DNA from: a virus
Virus record (IMG/VR): IMGVR_UViG_3300005253_000455
Location: 5,884 to 69,883 of that record
Reading direction: 5' to 3' (one strand)
Length of the DNA stretch: 64,000 bases
Part shown: positions 59,456-64,000 of the stretch, piece by piece
Position numbering within the stretch: the first letter of the stretch is position 1
How the letters are laid out: each line of letters begins with the position of its first letter
Notes under the pieces: model-generated
What the model saw: only the letters and a program-made list of their open reading frames with translations
Database searches by the model: none
Told to the model about the DNA's origin: nothing
Position numbers and translations under genes: made by a program

Positions 59456-60076
59456 ATGGCAATTACCTATCCATTAGCGTTACCGACGGTTGGGCTATTT
59501 GTAAGATTCTCTTTGACAACCCAGTCCGCTAATGCTGAATCTGTCTCTCCCTTTACCTTTGAAAGACAGATTCAGACTCATCAAGGGATGCTCTGGTTGG
59601 CTGGGATTACTCTAGCACCAATGAAGCGAGCAAGTGCTGAAGAGTGGCGTTCCTTCTTTCTTAAATTGAATGGAAAGCAAGGGACTTTCTTGATGGGAGA
59701 TTTAGGAGCAAAGTTTCCAAGAGGAATTGCCGCAGGAACTCCTTTAGTAGATGGTGCAGGTCAAACTGGTCAAGAGTTAGATACTAAAGGGTGGACTACA
59801 GAAATTACTGGAATTTTGAAGGCTGGTGATTATATTCAAATTGGGACGGGCTTAACTTCTAGGCTTTATAAGAACTTGAATGATGTAAATAGTGATAGTG
59901 GTGGTCTTGCAACTCTTGATATATGGCCCCGCCTTCGAGAGAGTCCAGCGAATAGTGCGGTCATTGTTGTTAGTGAACCAAAAGGTCTTTTCCGTCTCTC
60001 TTCTAATCTTAATCTAAGTGAGGTTGGAATAAGTGCTTTCTATGGTTTTGGCTTCAGTGCAATAGAGGCATTATGA
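59456..60076 (+). CDS. Distal tail protein
   Basis: After TMP; SPFT, FFLKLNG, LKAGDYIQ, IWPRLR. Confidence 0.75.
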   Translation: MAITYPLALPTVGLFVRFSLTTQSANAESVSPFTFERQIQTHQGMLWLAGITLAPMKRASAEEWRSFFLKLNGKQGTFLMGDLGAKFPRGIAAGTPLVDGAGQTGQELDTKGWTTEITGILKAGDYIQIGTGLTSRLYKNLNDVNSDSGGLATLDIWPRLRESPANSAVIVVSEPKGLFRLSSNLNLSEVGISAFYGFGFSAIEAL

Positions 60077-60813
60077 GATCAGGACTAACAGCTGGAGTTT
60101 CAAGTGAACTATCAAAGGGTCAAGTTAATCTTGTATTCTTTGTCGAGGTTGAATTTGCTTCCGGGCTTTTAAACCTTTGGAGTGGAGTTGGAGATATAAG
60201 TTGGGACTCTAAAACATGGATTGGGGCGGGGGATCTTTTGATGATTCAACCGGCCCGAGAGACAACCGGAGTCAATGCTACTGGATTGACTCTTTCTTTG
60301 ACTGGAGTAAATCCTGCTTATATATCTTTGGCCTTGAATGAGGCTAGACAGAATAAACCAGTTAGATGTTATTTTGGGTTCCTTGATTCTTCTGGAGCAA
60401 TCATAACTGACCCTTATCAATTCTTTAAAGGATTGGTGAATTATATTGTGATTGGAGAAGGTGGAGATTCTGCAATCATCACAGTTTATGCAGAGAATGA
60501 TCTAATCAAATTACAACAACCTAGGATTCGAAGATATACAGATCAAGACCAGCAATCAGATTTTCCAGGTGATTTAGGATTCATCCACGTTGCAGCTATT
60601 CAAGAGTGGAATGGTTTTTGGGGTGGCGGAGATGTAAATGCCACTGATAGTAGAAGTGATGGAGGAACTCAGAGAGATGCAAGTGAGGCTGCTGCAGAAG
60701 TCACTGCTGAGAAACAACAGGTTCATGATTTAGGAGATCCAAGTCAACCAACAGATGGTGGAGGATCTGATCCTTGGCCAGATTCTGAACATGACCCAGG
60801 GGAAGGAGAATGA
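60073..60813 (+). CDS. Tail tip/hub protein (gpL-like)
   Basis: LWSG.G, W.GAG, RRYTDQDQQ..FPGD.G. Confidence 0.75.
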   Translation: MRSGLTAGVSSELSKGQVNLVFFVEVEFASGLLNLWSGVGDISWDSKTWIGAGDLLMIQPARETTGVNATGLTLSLTGVNPAYISLALNEARQNKPVRCYFGFLDSSGAIITDPYQFFKGLVNYIVIGEGGDSAIITVYAENDLIKLQQPRIRRYTDQDQQSDFPGDLGFIHVAAIQEWNGFWGGGDVNATDSRSDGGTQRDASEAAAEVTAEKQQVHDLGDPSQPTDGGGSDPWPDSEHDPGEGE

Positions 60814-61223
60814 CCAGAAATTTTGATTCCTTGCTTTCAAAAGAGATTGAGAAAGCAAGATTTAAAAAGTATAAACTTGGAGAACACGATTGTGCTCTCT
60901 TTGCAATCAATGTCATAAAAGAAATTTATGGTATTGATTATGGAGAGAGAATTAAAGGTTTCTATTCTTCAAAGATTGGATACTTAAAACTTTGGAAAGA
61001 AATTGGTGGTTCTTCTCTTCAAGAGATCACAGAGATTATTATTGGAGAGAAGGGCCGAGAAATGAGAAAAGTTGGGAGAGGAAATCTTGTTCTTTATAAG
61101 AATGATATGAAAGGGGAACACCTTGGAATCTGCATTGGAGATAAAGTGGCAATTGTCTCAGTTGCTGATGAACTTATTTTCATTGATATTTTAGAATGTG
61201 AATGCTGCTGGAGGATTGGTTAA
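60810..61223 (+). CDS. NlpC/P60-like tail-associated protein (DUF6950-like)
   Basis: GEHDCALF, HLGIC. Confidence 0.75.
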   Translation: MTRNFDSLLSKEIEKARFKKYKLGEHDCALFAINVIKEIYGIDYGERIKGFYSSKIGYLKLWKEIGGSSLQEITEIIIGEKGREMRKVGRGNLVLYKNDMKGEHLGICIGDKVAIVSVADELIFIDILECECCWRIG

Positions 61224-64000
61224 TGGGATTTCCGACTCATAAAGAAACTAGAAGAGCCTTAGGTGCTGGCTTAATTATTGCTGGTACTATTCTTGCTACC
61301 GCAGGTGGTAGTCCCAATGCGGGAGCCTGGGTTATCCAATTAGGAATTGGTCTCTTTCTATCTACTCTTGGCTCTACTCCAGCTATTGAAGCATCCATAG
61401 TTAATAGATCAATCACCCATAAAGGTGCAACAGAGCCCTGGAGAGTTATCTATGGCAAACATAGAGTTGGTGGGGTTTATGCTTTCATCCATCTAACTGG
61501 GGATACTGATGAAATTTTAAATTTGGTTATTGTCTTGGCGGGACATGAAGTAGAAACAATTGGAGGAAGTTCTTCTATAACTGAACATCCTACTCGTATT
61601 TATATGAATGGACAACCTGTTGAGATTTTAGGTCTTAATGGACAAGCCCTTGCTCCTCCTGAAACATTACTTCTAGATTCTTCTGATGTAAATACTTCAC
61701 TAAACAAATTCTTATTCACCGCTCATGGTTATGCAACAAATCAGAGGATTCGATTTAAACTCGTAGCTGGTGGAACACTTCCAGGTGGTATTATCGATTC
61801 TCAACCTTATTTCATCATTAAACTTGATCTCGATGAATTTCAAATAAGTAAAAGATTTACAACAGAAAGCAATCCAACCCATGTTATTAATTTAACATCT
61901 GGAGGAACTGGTGATTTTGAGATGAAGCTTGATTCAGAAATAATTGATTACTCAGGCCATCTTACTGTGAATAAAAGACATGGATCAAGTGGTCAATCTG
62001 CTTTGAACTCAATTATTGGTGCTGTTGGTGATACAGGAATCTGGTCAACTGATCATAAGCTTGGGGGAAAGGCTTATGCTCATGTTCGTCTCAAATGGAA
62101 TCGTGATGTTTATCCCAATGGAATTCCAAACATTACTTTTGATGTAGAAGGAAAGAAGATTTGGGACCCGAGACTTGGTGGAGATCCATCAACGGATATT
62201 GCCTTTTCCTCAAATCCTGCATTGATAATAACGGACTATTTAATGGATTCAAGCTATGGAATGGAAATTCCAGTTGAGGAAATCAATCAATCTAAATTAA
62301 TAGCAGCGGCAGATATTTGTGATGAAGATGTTGTTGTTGCATTACCGGCCATTGGAACTGAAAGAAGATATGAAGCAAATGGATCTTTCAAAATTAATAA
62401 ACAACCCGCTGCATTACTAAGAGAACTTCTTACTTCTATGGCGGGCAAAGTTGTTCGTGTTGGTGGAAAGTGGGAAATCTTTGCCGGAGCATATATTACC
62501 CCAACTCAGACCTATGATGAGAGTGATATGTCTGCTGGCTTCAAGGCTCAAAATCTAATTGATCGCAGAGATAATTACAATGGAATAAGAGGGACATTCG
62601 TTTCTCCTCTCGATAATTGGCAGCCAACAAGTTTTCCATTAGTTTCTAGTGCTGGAGCTCTTTCTGGAGATCAAGGAAGAGAGAATATAAAAGATCTTAG
62701 TTTTCCTTGGACTCTTAGTCCTTCAACCGCTCAAAGGCTTGCAAAGATTGAATTGAATAAGATCTTAGAATCTCTTTCTATTGATCTTCAAGGAAAGTTG
62801 ACGATGTTCAAGAGTCAACCTCCAGATACTATTCAATATACAAATGAGAGGCTTGGTTTTAGTGCAAAAGATTTCGAAATCACAGATGCAGGGCTGACGA
62901 TTGGAGACACGGGAGCAGTTAATTATCGAATGAAGTTGAGAGAGACTAATCCTGGAATCTATGATTGGGATGAAACTCTTGATGAGACAGATTTCGTTAC
63001 AACTAGAAATTCAATTCTCCCGAATCCTTTTAGAATCCAAGCACCAACCGGCTTAGCTTTAACCAGTGGAACTAATGATCTTTTTATTAGACTTGACGGG
63101 ACTATATTTTCAAGGATTCATGCTACTTTTGTTTCTCCTGCTGATGAATATGTAAAATCTGGTGGAACAATAGAAGTTCAATTTAAAAAATCTGCTGATT
63201 CTGATTGGCTTAATGCCCCAACTCTTGTAGGAAGTGAGAATGAGTTTTTCCTTCTTGACGTTGAGGATGGTGTTTCTTATGATGTACAAATAAGATCAAG
63301 GAATACTATTGGGGTAACAAGTGCTTATCATTCTTCTCTAAATCATGTTGTAATTGGGAAAACTGCCCCACCTGGTAACGTGTCAGGATTCTTTGCATCT
63401 CAAAATGAAGCAAATGTTCTTCTCACTTGGACTCAAGTTCAAGATAAAGATTTAAAAGGATATAACATTAAATTTGGAATAAGAGGAATAGGAATAAACT
63501 ATGACTCTGCTTTCTTCTTAACTCAAATTTCAAGTGGAACAAGTCATACCACTGCTGCAATTCCTCCAGGAGATTGGACAATATTCATCAAAGCTGTTGA
63601 TACTACTGGGAATGAATCAGTCAATGCAGATTCAGCGAATATTGTTGTTACTACTTTCAATCCAACAGTTAAAGGTGAGGATGATGCTCCAGAATGGTTT
63701 GGAACAAAGCTCCATTTTATAAGACATTACACTGGAGTTCTTGTTCCTGCTAGTCAAAATAGAGCAGAGTTTACTGGTTCTGGTGGGGATAATTTTGATA
63801 TTTTTGATAATTTTGTTCAAAATCCTTTTCCAGAAAGTATTTATACAACTGAGGAATTTGATCTTGGGAGAGAAGGAACTGTTAGAGTTTTCTCATCTGT
63901 TATTGGTTCTCTCGGCCCGGAACCTTCCGGTGGAGAATTTGTTGATACTGAAACTGAAGTAAGATGGGCAGATGACTCAGAAGTGTTTACTCCTTGGAAG
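61223..64000 (+). CDS. Tail tip / host-specificity protein (gpJ-like, FN3 domains), runs off window end
   Basis: Not in ORF track. Hand translation from ATG 61223 gives RVIYG..RVGG, GIPNITFDVEGKKIWDPR, SSNPAL, AADICDE, AQRLAKI, YDVQIRSRN, IKAVDTTGNES. Confidence 0.88.
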   Translation, partial: MGFPTHKETRRALGAGLIIAGTILATAGGSPNAGAWVIQLGIGLFLSTLGSTPAIEASIVNRSITHKGATEPWRVIYGKHRVGGVYAFIHLTGDTDEILNLVIVLAGHEVETIGGSSSITEHPTRIYMNGQPVEILGLNGQALAPPETLLLDSSDVNTSLNKFLFTAHGYATNQRIRFKLVAGGTLPGGIIDSQPYFIIKLDLDEFQISKRFTTESNPTHVINLTSGGTGDFEMKLDSEIIDYSGHLTVNKRHGSSGQSALNSIIGAVGDTGIWSTDHKLGGKAYAHVRLKWNRDVYPNGIPNITFDVEGKKIWDPRLGGDPSTDIAFSSNPALIITDYLMDSSYGMEIPVEEINQSKLIAAADICDEDVVVALPAIGTERRYEANGSFKINKQPAALLRELLTSMAGKVVRVGGKWEIFAGAYITPTQTYDESDMSAGFKAQNLIDRRDNYNGIRGTFVSPLDNWQPTSFPLVSSAGALSGDQGRENIKDLSFPWTLSPSTAQRLAKIELNKILESLSIDLQGKLTMFKSQPPDTIQYTNERLGFSAKDFEITDAGLTIGDTGAVNYRMKLRETNPGIYDWDETLDETDFVTTRNSILPNPFRIQAPTGLALTSGTNDLFIRLDGTIFSRIHATFVSPADEYVKSGGTIEVQFKKSADSDWLNAPTLVGSENEFFLLDVEDGVSYDVQIRSRNTIGVTSAYHSSLNHVVIGKTAPPGNVSGFFASQNEANVLLTWTQVQDKDLKGYNIKFGIRGIGINYDSAFFLTQISSGTSHTTAAIPPGDWTIFIKAVDTTGNESVNADSANIVVTTFNPTVKGEDDAPEWFGTKLHFIRHYTGVLVPASQNRAEFTGSGGDNFDIFDNFVQNPFPESIYTTEEFDLGREGTVRVFSSVIGSLGPEPSGGEFVDTETEVRWADDSEVFTPWK

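Noticed and set aside
33415-63962. Minus-strand and alternate-frame ORFs in the structural arm (e.g. 53780-54247, 57136-57543, 42163-42585, 63534-63962)
   Set aside because: They overlap convincing plus-strand genes, including the gpJ-like ORF missing from the track
1-64000. Stop-codon reassignment suggested by in-frame stops at 7497 (TGA), 16878 (TAA) and 48629 (TAG)
   Set aside because: Three different codons are involved, and all three terminate conserved full-length genes elsewhere

Overview
The window is a 64 kb stretch of a tailed dsDNA phage (long non-contractile tail, siphovirus-like) with two divergent arms that meet near 32.8-33.1 kb. The left arm (minus strand) carries early, replication and nucleotide genes. 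These include a truncated DUF3987-type ATPase, dCMP deaminase, a UDG-fused family A DNA polymerase with His at the E. coli 762 position, a ParB-DNA methyltransferase fusion, SSB, Sak4-like ATPase, RecD2, a Cas4-like nuclease, a SLOG protein, a sulfotransferase, dTMP kinase, a GHKL-zincin fusion, a class II (B12) ribonucleotide reductase and many small ORFs. The right arm (plus strand) is the virion module: terminase with a class 3 intein, portal, protease/scaffold, capsid, neck, tail tube, frameshifted chaperone, tape measure and tail tip. The most striking feature is a set of eight glycan building and tailoring enzymes embedded in the late structural operon: two GT9-like, one GT8-like, one Maf/MptE-like, two SAM methyltransferases, one B12 radical SAM and one sulfotransferase. 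This suggests a phage-encoded system that builds a methylated and sulfated glycan, probably on the virion. The non-coding DNA has its own structure: an AAAAATCGTCCC box ahead of three promoters, a GTTCA-N5-TGAAC palindrome at seven intergenic sites, a structured ~350 nt early leader with an rrn-type boxA, long-loop RNA stems, and a T20 tract inside an inverted repeat. All product calls come from motif recognition by eye; no database searches were run.
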